Positions 22,948-32,000 are shown, numbered from the stretch's first letter. The stretch is 32,000 nt of DNA from Alkalilimnicola ehrlichii MLHE-1 (GCF_000014785.1 NC_008340.1:3060001-3092000); one strand, 5' to 3'. The notes: generated by a model from the letters alone, not told the origin. Numbers and translations: made by a program.

Positions 22948-24441
22948 ATGAACTGGAAGAGACTGAAACAAGAGTGGTTCGGCAACATCCGCGGGGATGT
23001 GCTGGCCGGCATCATCGTGGCCCTGGCGCTGATTCCCGAGGCCATTGCCTTCTCCATCATCGCCGGCGTGGACCCGCAGGTGGGGCTGTACGCCTCCTTC
23101 TGTATCGCGGTGGTCATCGCTTTCACCGGCGCGCGGCCGGGGATGATCTCTGCGGCCACCGCCGCCATGGCGCTGCTGATGATCACCCTGGTGGCGGACC
23201 ACGGCCTGGAGTACCTGCTGGCCGCCACGCTACTCACTGGCGTGCTGCAGGTCATCGCCGGCTACCTGCAGGTCGGCCGGGTGATGCGCTTTATCTCCAA
23301 CTCGGTGATGACCGGCTTCGTCAACGCCCTGGCCATCCTGATCTTCATGGCGCAGATCCCGGAGTTGGTGGACGTGCCCTGGCTGGTCTACCCCATGGTG
23401 GCCGGCGGGCTGGCCATTATCTACCTGCTGCCCTACCTCACCCGTGCCATCCCCTCGCCGCTGGTCACCATTGTGGTGCTTACCCTGCTGGCCTGGGCGC
23501 TGGGCATGAACGTGCCCACGGTGGGGGATATGGGCGACTTGCCCGATACCCTGCCGGTGTTCCTGTGGCCGGACGTGCCGCTCAACCTGGAGACCCTCTG
23601 GATCATTCTGCCCTACTCGCTGGCACTGACAGTGGTCGGGCTACTGGAGTCCATGATGACCCAGAGCATCGTGGACGACCTGACCGACAGCAAGACCGAC
23701 CGCAACCGCGAGTGCCGCGGCCAAGGCATCTCCAACCTGGTGGCCGGCAGCTTCGGCGGCATGGCCGGCTGCGCCATGATCGGGCAGTCCATCATCAACG
23801 TGAAATCGGGCGGTCGCGGCCGGCTGTCCTCCCTGGTGGCCGGGCTGGTGCTGATCGTGCTGGTGGTCTTCCTCTCGCCCCTGCTCAAGATGATCCCCAT
23901 GGCGGCGCTGGTGGCGGTGATGATCATGGTGGCCATCGGCACCTTCAGCTGGGGCTCCATCCGCGACCTGCGCAAAAACCCCATGAGCACCAACATCGTC
24001 ATGGTCAGCACCGTGGCGGTCACGGTCATCACCCACAACCTGGCCATCGGGGTGCTCACCGGGGTGCTGTTGGCGGGGCTGTTCTTCGCCAACAAGGTCA
24101 GCCAGTTCATGCACGTCAGCTCCGACGTGGACGAGCACCCGGACGACCAGACCCTGCAGCGCACCTACCGCGTCGTGGGCCAGGTCTTCTTCGCCTCCAC
24201 CGAAAAGTTCATGAACACCTTTGATTTCGGCGAGGATCTGGATAAGGTGACCATTGATCTCACCCGCGCCCACTTCTGGGATATCAGTTCCGTGGCGGCG
24301 CTGGACCGGGTGGTCATCAACTTCCGCCGTGAGGGCACCGAGGTAGAGATCGTGGGCATGAACGAGGCCACGGCCACCATCGTCGACCGCCATGCCGTGC
24401 ACGACAAGCCGGACGCCATTGACCGGCTGATGGGCCATTGA
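22948..24441 (+). CDS. SulP-family anion transporter with C-terminal STAS domain
   Basis: Start at ATG 22948 ([41 protein letters not shown]), giving 497 aa. This is the canonical SulP N-terminal motif, followed by a polytopic core and then a STAS domain ([12 protein letters not shown]...[21 protein letters not shown]). Confidence 0.92.
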   Translation: MNWKRLKQEWFGNIRGDVLAGIIVALALIPEAIAFSIIAGVDPQVGLYASFCIAVVIAFTGARPGMISAATAAMALLMITLVADHGLEYLLAATLLTGVLQVIAGYLQVGRVMRFISNSVMTGFVNALAILIFMAQIPELVDVPWLVYPMVAGGLAIIYLLPYLTRAIPSPLVTIVVLTLLAWALGMNVPTVGDMGDLPDTLPVFLWPDVPLNLETLWIILPYSLALTVVGLLESMMTQSIVDDLTDSKTDRNRECRGQGISNLVAGSFGGMAGCAMIGQSIINVKSGGRGRLSSLVAGLVLIVLVVFLSPLLKMIPMAALVAVMIMVAIGTFSWGSIRDLRKNPMSTNIVMVSTVAVTVITHNLAIGVLTGVLLAGLFFANKVSQFMHVSSDVDEHPDDQTLQRTYRVVGQVFFASTEKFMNTFDFGEDLDKVTIDLTRAHFWDISSVAALDRVVINFRREGTEVEIVGMNEATATIVDRHAVHDKPDAIDRLMGH

Positions 24442-24478
24442 ACCGCGAGCCACACACCGACCAAGGAGCGACAACGCC

Positions 24479-25333
24479 ATGACTGAAAAGGTATTCGCCT
24501 GTGTGGACGGCTCGCGCTCGTCCGAGTCCGTCTGTGACCACGCCGCCTGGGCCTGCCAGCGCCTGGGCGCCCCGCTGACCCTGCTGCATGTCATCCGCAA
24601 TCCCCACGGGGAACGCGAGCCCGACTACAGCGGCAACCTGAGCCTGGGCAACCGGGAAGAACTGCTCCAGGAGTTGGTGGAGTTGGAGGAGAAGCGCGGC
24701 AAGCTGGCCCGGGAGCAGGGCAAGGCGGTGCTGGCCGACGCCATCGCGCGGGTCGAGGCGGCCGGGGTGGAAAACCCGGGCCGTCTGCTGCGCAACGGGG
24801 ACATCACCGAGGCGTTGGCCGCTTTGGAGGAGGACATGCGCCTGCTGGTGCTGGGCAAGCAGGGCAAGGATGGCGACGTGGTCACCCGGCATATCGGCAG
24901 CCACCTGGAGAACATCATCCGCACCCTGCACAAGCCCATGCTGGTGGTGCCGCTGCAATTCCGCACCCCGGAGCGCTTCCTGATCGCCTATGACGGCAGC
25001 CCCACGGCCGACAAGGTGGTGGACCGACTGGCCCGAAGCAGCCTGCTGGACGGGCTGGAGGCCCATATCCTGATGGTGGGTGCGGAGACCGACGCCAACC
25101 GCGAGAAACTGGAGGCGCCCCGGGCCCGGCTGCAGAAAGAGGGCTTCCAGGTGACCACGGCGGTGAAATCGGGCGAGGTGAACGAGGTGGTCTGTGACTA
25201 TCGCGAGGCCAACGACATCCACCTAATGGCGATGGGTGCTTACGGCCACTCGCGGCTGCGCCAGTTCTTCGTGGGCAGCACCACCACCCACATGATCATG
25301 CGCTCGCCGATCCCGCTGTTGATACTGCGCTGA
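24479..25333 (+). CDS. Universal stress protein, tandem UspA-domain type
   Basis: 284 aa with two Usp modules: VFACVDGS...LLVLGKQGKDGDVVTRHIGSHLENIIRTLHKPMLVVP, and FLIAYDGS...HLMAMGAYGHSRLRQFFVGSTTTHMIMRSPIPLLILR. It starts 37 nt downstream of SulP and is probably co-transcribed with it. Confidence 0.88.
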   Translation: MTEKVFACVDGSRSSESVCDHAAWACQRLGAPLTLLHVIRNPHGEREPDYSGNLSLGNREELLQELVELEEKRGKLAREQGKAVLADAIARVEAAGVENPGRLLRNGDITEALAALEEDMRLLVLGKQGKDGDVVTRHIGSHLENIIRTLHKPMLVVPLQFRTPERFLIAYDGSPTADKVVDRLARSSLLDGLEAHILMVGAETDANREKLEAPRARLQKEGFQVTTAVKSGEVNEVVCDYREANDIHLMAMGAYGHSRLRQFFVGSTTTHMIMRSPIPLLILR

Positions 25334-25343
25334 GCCCGGTAAC

Positions 25344-25374
25344 CCCGGGTGTCATAAAATAAGTGGCACCCGGG
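25344..25374. terminator. Possible hairpin between convergent usp and lpxD
   Basis: CCCGGGTG (25344-25351) pairs with CACCCGGG (25367-25374), an 8-bp stem around an A-rich 15-nt loop, followed by CCCGTTTAA. The loop is long, so this is weak. Confidence 0.3.
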
Positions 25375-25421
25375 CCCGTTTAACGCGTGCTTCATCGCAG
25401 TGGCAGGCGCCGGAACAACCG

Positions 25422-26480
25422 TTAATCGCCGTCGTCACCGCCATCACCTTCACCCGTTGATTGCGCGGCCTCCAGCCTTTTCACCCGGCGAAACAGGTCG
25501 TCCAGTTGGGTAAAGCGGACGCTGTTGCGGCGCCACTCCCGCACCGGCTTCGCCGGCAGCGGGGAGGCGTAAGCACCGGGCTGCTTGATCGAACCCGTAA
25601 CCCCGGTCATGCCCATCAGAATAACGCCATCAGCAATGCTGATATGGCCGGTGATGGCCGAGGAACCCCCGATCATGCAGTCACAGCCGATGGTGGTACT
25701 GCCAGCCACCACGGTATTGCCGGCGATAATGGTGCGCGCCCCAACACGCACGTTGTGGCCAATGTGCACCTGGTTATCCAGCTTCACCCCCTCTTCAAGG
25801 ACCGTGTCGTCGATCGCACCACGATCCACCGTGGTGTTGGCGCCTAAGTCCACGTCATCGCCCAGGATCACACGCCCGAGTTGGGGCACCTTGCGCCAGC
25901 CCGCCTTACCCGGCCCCTTGGCGAAACCGAAGCCGTCGGCACCCACCACCACCCCCGGATGCAGGATGACCCGGCACCCCACCACACAGCGATCCGCGAC
26001 CGTAACCCGGCCCATCAGGTGGCTGTCCTCACCGATCTCCACCCCGGTCCCCACGTGGCAGCCCGGCCCCACGATCGTACGTGCGCCGAGACGAGCCCCC
26101 GCTTCCACCACCGCGTGCGGGCCGACAGAGACAGCCTCACCCAAGGTCACGCCCTCCGCCACGACGGCCGTGGGATGCACGCCGGCAGGTGGCCGTTCCG
26201 CCGGATGCAAACGCGTGGCGACCGCGGCGTAAGCGTAGTAGGGATCATCCACCACCAATGCGGTGGTGGGACATTCCGCGACATGTTCCGCGCGGACAAT
26301 GACCGCGCCGGCACCGGTGGCACGCAGATCCTCCAAGTAGTTCGCGTTGCTGCAAAAGCCGATGGCGTCCGGACCGGCATCGCACAATGTGGCGACCCGA
26401 CGGATGACCCTTGTGGGCTTCCCCACCAGCTCAGCACCCAGCCCTTCCGCCAACTCGCTTACCGTTACCGTCTCTGTCAT
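25422..26480 (-). CDS. lpxD: UDP-3-O-acylglucosamine N-acyltransferase (LpxD-like), outside the canonical lipid A cluster
   Basis: 352 aa. The N-terminal uridine-binding domain is [14 protein letters not shown]...[22 protein letters not shown] long left-handed beta-helix hexapeptide region follows, then a C-terminal helix, and finally an unusual acidic tail ([12 protein letters not shown]). GGGAG lies 7 nt upstream of the ATG. Confidence 0.88.
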   Translation of the reverse strand: MTETVTVSELAEGLGAELVGKPTRVIRRVATLCDAGPDAIGFCSNANYLEDLRATGAGAVIVRAEHVAECPTTALVVDDPYYAYAAVATRLHPAERPPAGVHPTAVVAEGVTLGEAVSVGPHAVVEAGARLGARTIVGPGCHVGTGVEIGEDSHLMGRVTVADRCVVGCRVILHPGVVVGADGFGFAKGPGKAGWRKVPQLGRVILGDDVDLGANTTVDRGAIDDTVLEEGVKLDNQVHIGHNVRVGARTIIAGNTVVAGSTTIGCDCMIGGSSAITGHISIADGVILMGMTGVTGSIKQPGAYASPLPAKPVREWRRNSVRFTQLDDLFRRVKRLEAAQSTGEGDGGDDGD

Positions 26481-26770
26481 CTACCCGCTCCCACCTGATT
26501 CAACAACACTGCCGCCATGGCGACCGGACGGGGCTGCCACGCCGCAATAGGGTATCACCGAGCCGGGGGCCGGGGCTTGCTGCGCCGTAGCAAGGCGCTG
26601 AGCCAGGGCCCGGCTGCACAACTGTCACGGTTATTTCGCGACTCGCCGTCATGGTTATTGCCCGTCATATGGCGCGGAGGCCGCCCCGCATGGCCCATCT
26701 CGGCCTCGGCCCTGGCTGGTCACGATCTTGCATCCGGATAGGCCGGAAGAGCCAACGCAGGACCATCGCC

Positions 26771-27415
26771 ATGACCCAACGACAACCCCCCGGCCCGCTG
26801 ACACTGCTCCTAGTGGACGACCACGCCGTGGTGCGCGCCGGGTATCGCCGACTCCTGGAGCAGGCCAGTCGCTGCTGGCAGGTCACCGAGGCGGACAGCG
26901 GTGAGTCGGCCTACCGGGCGTGCGCACGGGAGCGCTTCGACGTTGTGGTCATGGACATCTCACTGCCGGGCATTAGCGGCCTTGAGACCCTCGCGCGGCT
27001 GCAACGCCGGGCACCGGAGATCAGAGTGCTGATCTTCAGCATGCATGAGGAACCCGTGTTTGCCGAACAAGCCCTATCGGGCGGTGCCGCCGGCTACATC
27101 ACCAAGTCCAGCGCCCCCGAGGTGCTGGTGGAAGCGGTCCAGCGGATCGCTGCGGGCGGACACTACCTGGGGCCGGATGTGCGGTGTCGGCACGGCGATG
27201 CCGACACCGCCGGCCTGCAATCGCTCTCGGCGCGGGAGTTTGAGATCTTCCGACTGCTGGCCGAAGGGTGTGGCTCCGCCGAGATCGCCCGGCTGCTGAA
27301 CATCAGCTACAAGACCGTGGCCAACTACGGCAGCGGCATTCGTGAGAAGCTGGCGCTGAACAACGTCGCGGAGATGACCCGGCTGGCGATCCGCGCCGGT
27401 GTGATCAAGGCTTGA
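26771..27415 (+). CDS. Two-component response regulator, NarL/FixJ (LuxR-type HTH) family
   Basis: Start at ATG 26771, giving 214 aa. The REC domain is LLLVDDHAVVRAGY...DVVVMDISLPGISGLE...IFSMHEE. The LuxR HTH is LSAREFEIFRLLAEGCGSAEIARLLNISYKTVANY. Confidence 0.9.
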   Translation: MTQRQPPGPLTLLLVDDHAVVRAGYRRLLEQASRCWQVTEADSGESAYRACARERFDVVVMDISLPGISGLETLARLQRRAPEIRVLIFSMHEEPVFAEQALSGGAAGYITKSSAPEVLVEAVQRIAAGGHYLGPDVRCRHGDADTAGLQSLSAREFEIFRLLAEGCGSAEIARLLNISYKTVANYGSGIREKLALNNVAEMTRLAIRAGVIKA

Positions 27416-27418
27416 ACC

Positions 27419-28879
27419 GTGCCCCTGCGCCTGCGCCTCAGCCTGCTCATCACCCTGCTCACCGCTGCCTTCCTGCTGGCCGGGGTCTTCCTGGTGGTGA
27501 ATGCAGCCCGCCACGACGTCAGGGCCGAGCTGCACTCGGCCACCAGCCTCACCGCTGAGTTGCTCCAAGCCTCCATTGAGGCGATGGGCGAAAAGCTGAA
27601 CCGGTCCGAGGTCCGCGACGCGATGATCAGCGGGCTGACTCAGCTCGGGGGGCACCGGCATATCGAAATCACGGCCTGGCACGGCGATAACCGGGCCGCC
27701 GCCCGCGCTGCCATGCCGCCGGCACGCACCGCCGGCGCGCCGGACTGGTTCATTCGGCTCGTCACGCCTGAGATGCAGGTACTTTATCGGGAGGTCTCGC
27801 TGGGCCGGCCAGACCTGGGGGGCGTGATCATCCGGGCCGAGCCGGCGGACGAGATCACCGAGGCGTGGGGCAGCACCCGCACCCTGCTGCTGTTGCTGCT
27901 CACCTTCGCAGTGGCCGCCAACGCCCTGATGTACTGGCTGCTGGGACGGGCACTGCGCCCGTTGGGCCACATCCTCAAGGGCCTGGACGCACTCCAACGA
28001 GGTCGCCTGGAATCGCGACTGCCACGATTCCGTGTCCACGAATTCGACCGGGTCTCCCGCCATTTCAACAGCATGGCCGATTCGTTGGCGACCAGCCACC
28101 AGCGCATCCAGCGACTGAACCGTCGACTGTTCGACGTGCAGGAGGCAGAGCGGCACACCCTCGCCCGGGAGCTGCATGATGAGCTGGGTCAGTGCCTGGT
28201 CGCCATCCGCGCCGACGCCATGATCATCGCCAATGCCCCGGACGCGCCCCCTGCCAACGTCCGTGCCAGCGCCGACGCCATCCGGCAGACCGCTGGCCAC
28301 GTCTACCAGTTGACCCGTCGGATTATGGGCCGGCTGCATCCGGCCGCGCTGGAACAGCTCGGGCTGGGGCCGGCGCTGCGCCAGATGGCGGGCGACTGGG
28401 CCCGCCGCCACCCCGATATCGCCGTGGCGATGGAGATCCAGGACACCCCCCGGGGACTCCCGCCATCCCAGGCGATTCACCTTTATCGGGTGGTACAGGA
28501 GGGCCTTACCAACGTCACAAAGCATGCCCATGCCAGGCGTGTCCGGCTGCGACTCCGCGATCGGGGCGAACACCTGTGGCTGGTAATTGGCGACGACGGC
28601 CACGGCCTCGGGACGCGGCGCGACGGTGACGGGATGGGCTTGATGGGTATGGCTGAGCGGATTCAGGGCCTGGGTGGCCGGCTGCGTTGCTTCAGCGGAC
28701 CGGCGGGCGGCACCACGCTGGTGGCCGCGGTACCGCTGCCCACCGCCTCTGCCCCGGAGCCCGTCGCCAGACCCGGACAACGGCCCCATGCCGCCCCCTC
28801 AGAAACGCAGGGTCAGACCGCCGATGACGGTGCGTTCAGCACCAGGCCGCAGCCCGTCCTGCACGTCGCTGATGTATAG
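27419..28879 (+). CDS. Sensor histidine kinase, HisKA_3 (NarX/DesK-like) type with HAMP domain
   Basis: GTG start 3 nt after the regulator's stop. TM1 is LSLLITLLTAAFLLAGVFLVV, followed by a periplasmic segment, TM2 and a HAMP domain. The H-box is ERHTLARELHDELGQ. The ATP-binding domain contains NVTKHA...GDDGHGL...GMGLMGMAERI. The last ~50 codons are P/A-rich and overlap the 3' end of the convergent receptor gene. Confidence 0.88.
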   Translation: MPLRLRLSLLITLLTAAFLLAGVFLVVNAARHDVRAELHSATSLTAELLQASIEAMGEKLNRSEVRDAMISGLTQLGGHRHIEITAWHGDNRAAARAAMPPARTAGAPDWFIRLVTPEMQVLYREVSLGRPDLGGVIIRAEPADEITEAWGSTRTLLLLLLTFAVAANALMYWLLGRALRPLGHILKGLDALQRGRLESRLPRFRVHEFDRVSRHFNSMADSLATSHQRIQRLNRRLFDVQEAERHTLARELHDELGQCLVAIRADAMIIANAPDAPPANVRASADAIRQTAGHVYQLTRRIMGRLHPAALEQLGLGPALRQMAGDWARRHPDIAVAMEIQDTPRGLPPSQAIHLYRVVQEGLTNVTKHAHARRVRLRLRDRGEHLWLVIGDDGHGLGTRRDGDGMGLMGMAERIQGLGGRLRCFSGPAGGTTLVAAVPLPTASAPEPVARPGQRPHAAPSETQGQTADDGAFSTRPQPVLHVADV

Positions 28880-30928
28880 CTTGTCGGTCAGGTTCCGGCC
28901 CTGCAGCCACAAGGTGGCGTCCGCCCCGCTGACCTGGGTGTGATAGCTGGCCCGGGCCGAGAGCAGCGTGCGGCTGGGCACCTGCCCTGCGTCTTCAGCG
29001 ATCTCAAGAGTGTTCTCGATATCGGAGAAGAAGTCCCCGAAGTGACTGACCGTGGCACTGACTTCCCAACCACTGAGGTGGTCCATGCCCAAGGTCAGGC
29101 TGCCGGCGTGGCGCGGGATCTCCGGCACCCGGTTGCCGTCCAGTGGTCCGGTGGTGAACTCGGCTTCCGTGTAGTTCCAGGCCACTTGGCCGAAGAAATT
29201 GTAATCGGAGCCGGTGAAGGGGGCGGAATCCACCCGCAGTTCCACGTCCAGGCCGTAGACGTCCGAATCCACCGCGTTGACGAACAGGGCGTCACCGAAC
29301 TCATCCACGTCGTCGCGGATCAGGGTGTCCTCGATGCGGTTATAAAACACCGCGACGTCGTAGCTCACACCCTGGAGGCCACGGCTGCGGACACCCAACT
29401 GGCTGTTGAGACCCTTCTCCGGCACCAGGGGGAACTCATCGGAGCGGGCGGGTGCAGGAGCGTAGCCCCGGTGCACACCGGCGTAGAGGTCCGCCTGATC
29501 CAGGCCCTGGTAGAGCAGGCTGATACCGGGGAGGTAGAGCGTGTTCCACTCGCTTTCCGTTACCCCCTCGTCATCACTGCCCGGACGAAAGCGTGTGGAC
29601 TTCTCCTGTCGGTAGCTCTCCACGCGCAGGCCTGGGGTAAGGGTCCAATCTCCCGCCTGCATGCGGTTCTGCAGGAACCCGGAGTACGCCTCGGCCTTGT
29701 AGGTGATCAGACGCCCGTCGCGGGTAAACCCGTCTTCTCCGGCAATCGCCCGCAGCCGTCCGCGATTGCCCTCGTCCAACCGCTCACCCGGACGCCCAAC
29801 CGGACGACGGTCGTCAAAATCGTGCTGCTCGAACCTTAGCCCCCCCTCGACGGTGTGCGTAACCGCACCGGTCTGCATGCCCGTAAAGGCGGCCCGCGAC
29901 TCGCCCCCGAAGACCTCGTAACGCCGGTCCCGCCCCTCCATCACTCGCTCGGCACGAGGGTCATCCGGGTTGCGGGACCGGAATCGGGGCCGATCCAGAT
30001 CAGAATAAAAGACCTTGCTGGAGAAACTCAGCCGGTCACTGGCCTGGAAGGCATGGGTGAGGTCCCACTTCCAGTAGTTCACGGAGATGTTGTTGTCCTT
30101 GCGCCCCTCACCGAGCCGGCGCTTGCCGCGCGGATCGATGGCGAAGTCCTCGGGGGAGAGGTTGCTCTCATCGTAACCGTCGGAGCGCTCCCGAAAGTGG
30201 AGAATCGACGTCCGCAGATCGTGCCGGGCATTCACGTCCCAGTCGAAGCTGGCGTAGAAGTCGTCGAACTGGTGCTCCTCGGTATCAAACACCCCGTCCG
30301 AATTGGCCCCGGTATAGGCCAGCACCACGCCCACGTCGTCCACGGTACGCCGGTGCATCAGGTGGCGTTTGAAAGTGCCCTGATTACCCCCCGCCAGTTC
30401 CACCGTGGTCTCCGGCGTGGGCGTGGCCTGCTTGTTGCGGAAGTTGACGATGCCGTGGTTGTTCAGCGGCCCATGGATCAACTGCCCCGCGCCCTTCAAT
30501 ACCTCCACCCGCTCCAGGCGCTGCATGGGCGGCGTGTAGTGGGCACTGGGGTCCAAGTAGTTGCTGGCGCTGATCGGCGAACCATCCTCCAGCAGCAAGG
30601 TCTTGCGGGAGCGCCGGGGCGGCGCGCCACGCACGCCGATGCCGCTACGCAGGCCCAGGGCATCATCATCAATGGTCCTGACGCCGGCGACGAAATCAAA
30701 GGCATCGTGCAGGGTGAACGGCCGCAGCGCCTCGAAGTCGAGATCGGTGAGCACCGAGGCCGCGCCGGGCGTATCAGCCACCTCATCGAGCAGCAGCGCA
30801 CGCACCTGCAACGGCTGCAGGGCGCGGACGGCGCCGGCGGTCTCGTCCTCAGCCAGGGCCGCGCCGGCGGCTGGCAACAGGCTCAGGCCGGCAGTCAGAC
30901 AAATCAGGGAATGGGTCTTGCGGTCCAT
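28799..30928 (-). CDS. TonB-dependent outer-membrane receptor
   Basis: Start at ATG 30928 (strong GAGGAGGAG upstream), giving 709 aa. The signal peptide is LICLTAGLSLLPAAGAALA/ED. The plug domain is VRTIDDDALGLRSGIGVRGAPPRRSRKTLLLEDG...VEVLKG. A long beta-barrel ends in the terminal aromatic ...GGLTLRF. The substrate is not inferable. Confidence 0.9.
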   Translation of the reverse strand: MDRKTHSLICLTAGLSLLPAAGAALAEDETAGAVRALQPLQVRALLLDEVADTPGAASVLTDLDFEALRPFTLHDAFDFVAGVRTIDDDALGLRSGIGVRGAPPRRSRKTLLLEDGSPISASNYLDPSAHYTPPMQRLERVEVLKGAGQLIHGPLNNHGIVNFRNKQATPTPETTVELAGGNQGTFKRHLMHRRTVDDVGVVLAYTGANSDGVFDTEEHQFDDFYASFDWDVNARHDLRTSILHFRERSDGYDESNLSPEDFAIDPRGKRRLGEGRKDNNISVNYWKWDLTHAFQASDRLSFSSKVFYSDLDRPRFRSRNPDDPRAERVMEGRDRRYEVFGGESRAAFTGMQTGAVTHTVEGGLRFEQHDFDDRRPVGRPGERLDEGNRGRLRAIAGEDGFTRDGRLITYKAEAYSGFLQNRMQAGDWTLTPGLRVESYRQEKSTRFRPGSDDEGVTESEWNTLYLPGISLLYQGLDQADLYAGVHRGYAPAPARSDEFPLVPEKGLNSQLGVRSRGLQGVSYDVAVFYNRIEDTLIRDDVDEFGDALFVNAVDSDVYGLDVELRVDSAPFTGSDYNFFGQVAWNYTEAEFTTGPLDGNRVPEIPRHAGSLTLGMDHLSGWEVSATVSHFGDFFSDIENTLEIAEDAGQVPSRTLLSARASYHTQVSGADATLWLQGRNLTDKLYISDVQDGLRPGAERTVIGGLTLRF

Positions 30929-31066
30929 ACGGGGTCTCCTCCTCTCACCCACGATTTCTGGTTTCGTATGGATTGAGTGTGCCCCCTGGAAGGCGCGCAT
31001 GACATAGGAGAAATTCCTGATCGCACAGATTGTTAAGGGGACGCACAGCGGTCTGGGGAAGGGCAT

Positions 31067-31094
31067 AAAAAGCGACGCACATCCCTGTGCGCCG
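31067..31094 (-). terminator. Rho-independent terminator downstream of the porin gene
   Basis: The minus-strand RNA is CGGCGCACA-GGGA-UGUGCGUCG, a 9-bp stem (one G-U pair) with a tetraloop. It is followed by C and UUUUU (plus-strand AAAAA at 31067-31071). A further GC hairpin, GGGCCCC/GGGGCCC at 31149-31167, lies between it and the porin stop. Confidence 0.5.
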
Positions 31095-31195
31095 TCAAAG
31101 GCACGGCGTGAGCCGGAAGCACCCGATACACCGGTCACGGACCCGTGTGGGCCCCAGGGCGGGGCCCGCCGCTTCACTAGGAGGAGCGAAGAGGA

Positions 31196-32000
31196 TCAGA
31201 AGAACAGAATGGCACCCAGGGCCACGTTGTCCTCGCGATTGTCGTCACCCGCATGGTTCTCGGCCTTGGTCCGGGTGAACTCGGCGACCAGGTTCAGGTT
31301 CGGCGTGATCGGATGGTACGCGCCCACGATCACCGAGCTGTTGCGGTCAAGCAGGGTATCGGGATCGCCGTTGTTTTGGTCCAGGTTGCTTTCCCCGTAA
31401 CTCAAACCGAGCTTGGTGCCCAATCCCGGCAGGGTGTAGGTGCCCTGCAGCATGAAGCCGTCAGAGTCGCGGCGCGTCCCATCCGCGGAGGCGGCTTGGT
31501 GGAGAAACGCCGTGGTGCCGATGCCCTTGCCTTCGTAGTAGTAGGCGACGCCCTCGAAGCCGGCGATGCCCGCCTTGACGCCCAGGTCGAACCCGGTGGC
31601 GCGGAAGTCATCGAAGCTGCCGTCCCGGTCATCCACCTTCTGGTTGATGAACCCGGCCCAGACGCGGCCACTGACATCCCGAGCCGTCCAATCGTAAGTG
31701 ACTTTGCCCTCGACCGCCGGGCTGGTCTTTTCCCCCACCGCAGCTAGGGAGTTGTCACCCGGCGCGACGGTGAAGGGATCGAAGGGATCAGTGGCGCCGA
31801 TCACAAAGCCAAAGCCGTTGAAATCGGGCGAGGCGTAGCTGATCTGCGCCTTCCAGTCCGCGTAGAGATAGCCGTTGCCGACCCGACCCAAGGAGGTGTT
31901 GCCACCCCCCAGGGTGATATCGGAGACCGTGCCCACCCCCAACAGGCTCATATCGGAGAGGATGGCATCGGAGCCGAAGATCCCCAGGTCACGCCCGAGC
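31196..32000 (-). CDS. Gram-negative general porin (5' end lies beyond the window edge)
   Basis: The reading frame stays open upstream of the track's ATG at 31951 (…LGRDLGIFGSDAILSDMSLLGVG…), so the gene continues past base 32000. It has alternating beta-strand amphipathic patterning and Y/G/D-rich loops. The C-terminal signature is ...NVALGAILFF with terminal Phe. Confidence 0.8.
   Translation of the reverse strand, partial: LGRDLGIFGSDAILSDMSLLGVGTVSDITLGGGNTSLGRVGNGYLYADWKAQISYASPDFNGFGFVIGATDPFDPFTVAPGDNSLAAVGEKTSPAVEGKVTYDWTARDVSGRVWAGFINQKVDDRDGSFDDFRATGFDLGVKAGIAGFEGVAYYYEGKGIGTTAFLHQAASADGTRRDSDGFMLQGTYTLPGLGTKLGLSYGESNLDQNNGDPDTLLDRNSSVIVGAYHPITPNLNLVAEFTRTKAENHAGDDNREDNVALGAILFF

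Noticed and set aside
30929-31066. A Fur box or cobalamin riboswitch upstream of the TonB-dependent receptor gene.
   Set aside because: The best Fur-like stretch (AATCTGTGCGATCAGGAAT on the coding strand) matches only about 8 of 19 consensus positions. The leader is too short (about 138 nt) and lacks a recognisable B12 box. Regulation by iron or B12 cannot be claimed from sequence.
1-32000. CRISPR arrays, rRNA genes, insertion sequences, integrases and toxin-antitoxin or known defence-system genes.
   Set aside because: I found no regularly spaced repeats of 25-40 nt, no rRNA-like conserved stretches, and no transposase, integrase or nuclease-like ORFs in any frame. ArsA is the only P-loop ATPase apart from the ABC protein.

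Overview
High-GC proteobacterial chromosomal segment with strong GC3 bias. The gene content looks gammaproteobacterial, but that taxon is a guess. I support 28 protein-coding genes, one decayed gene remnant, one tRNA and a few promoter/terminator-like elements. In order: (1) a housekeeping block with glnE (5'-truncated by the window edge), ilvE, a small coiled-coil ORF, a Na/Pi-cotransporter/PhoU fusion and putA. (2) A small accessory-looking block: a periplasmic thioredoxin-fold domain fused to a CcdA/DsbD-like membrane domain, followed by a visibly lower-GC islet encoding a lipoprotein and a secreted MlaC-like protein. (3) A thiolase gene. (4) A complete minus-strand arsenic resistance operon, arsR-arsC-arsD-arsA-acr3. 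It is extended by an uncharacterised 106-aa 'HGCCGG' protein translationally coupled to acr3, and by a tandem USP. A flavin reductase gene diverges from arsR and is followed by a DrrAB-like ABC-2 exporter. (5) An elongator tRNA-Met with a near-consensus promoter, flanked by a small membrane ORF and a frameshifted, truncated haem-domain gene remnant. (6) A SulP-USP pair. (7) An orphan lpxD, a NarL/LuxR-type two-component system, a TonB-dependent receptor and a porin (5' end beyond the window edge). I saw no CRISPR array, rRNA, transposase or integrase. Most other ORFs in the six-frame track are antisense or out-of-frame shadows typical of high-GC DNA. The most interesting candidate for undescribed biology is the vicinal-cysteine protein embedded in the ars operon together with its unusual neighbours. 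The second is the Trx-CcdA-like fusion with its low-GC companion genes.
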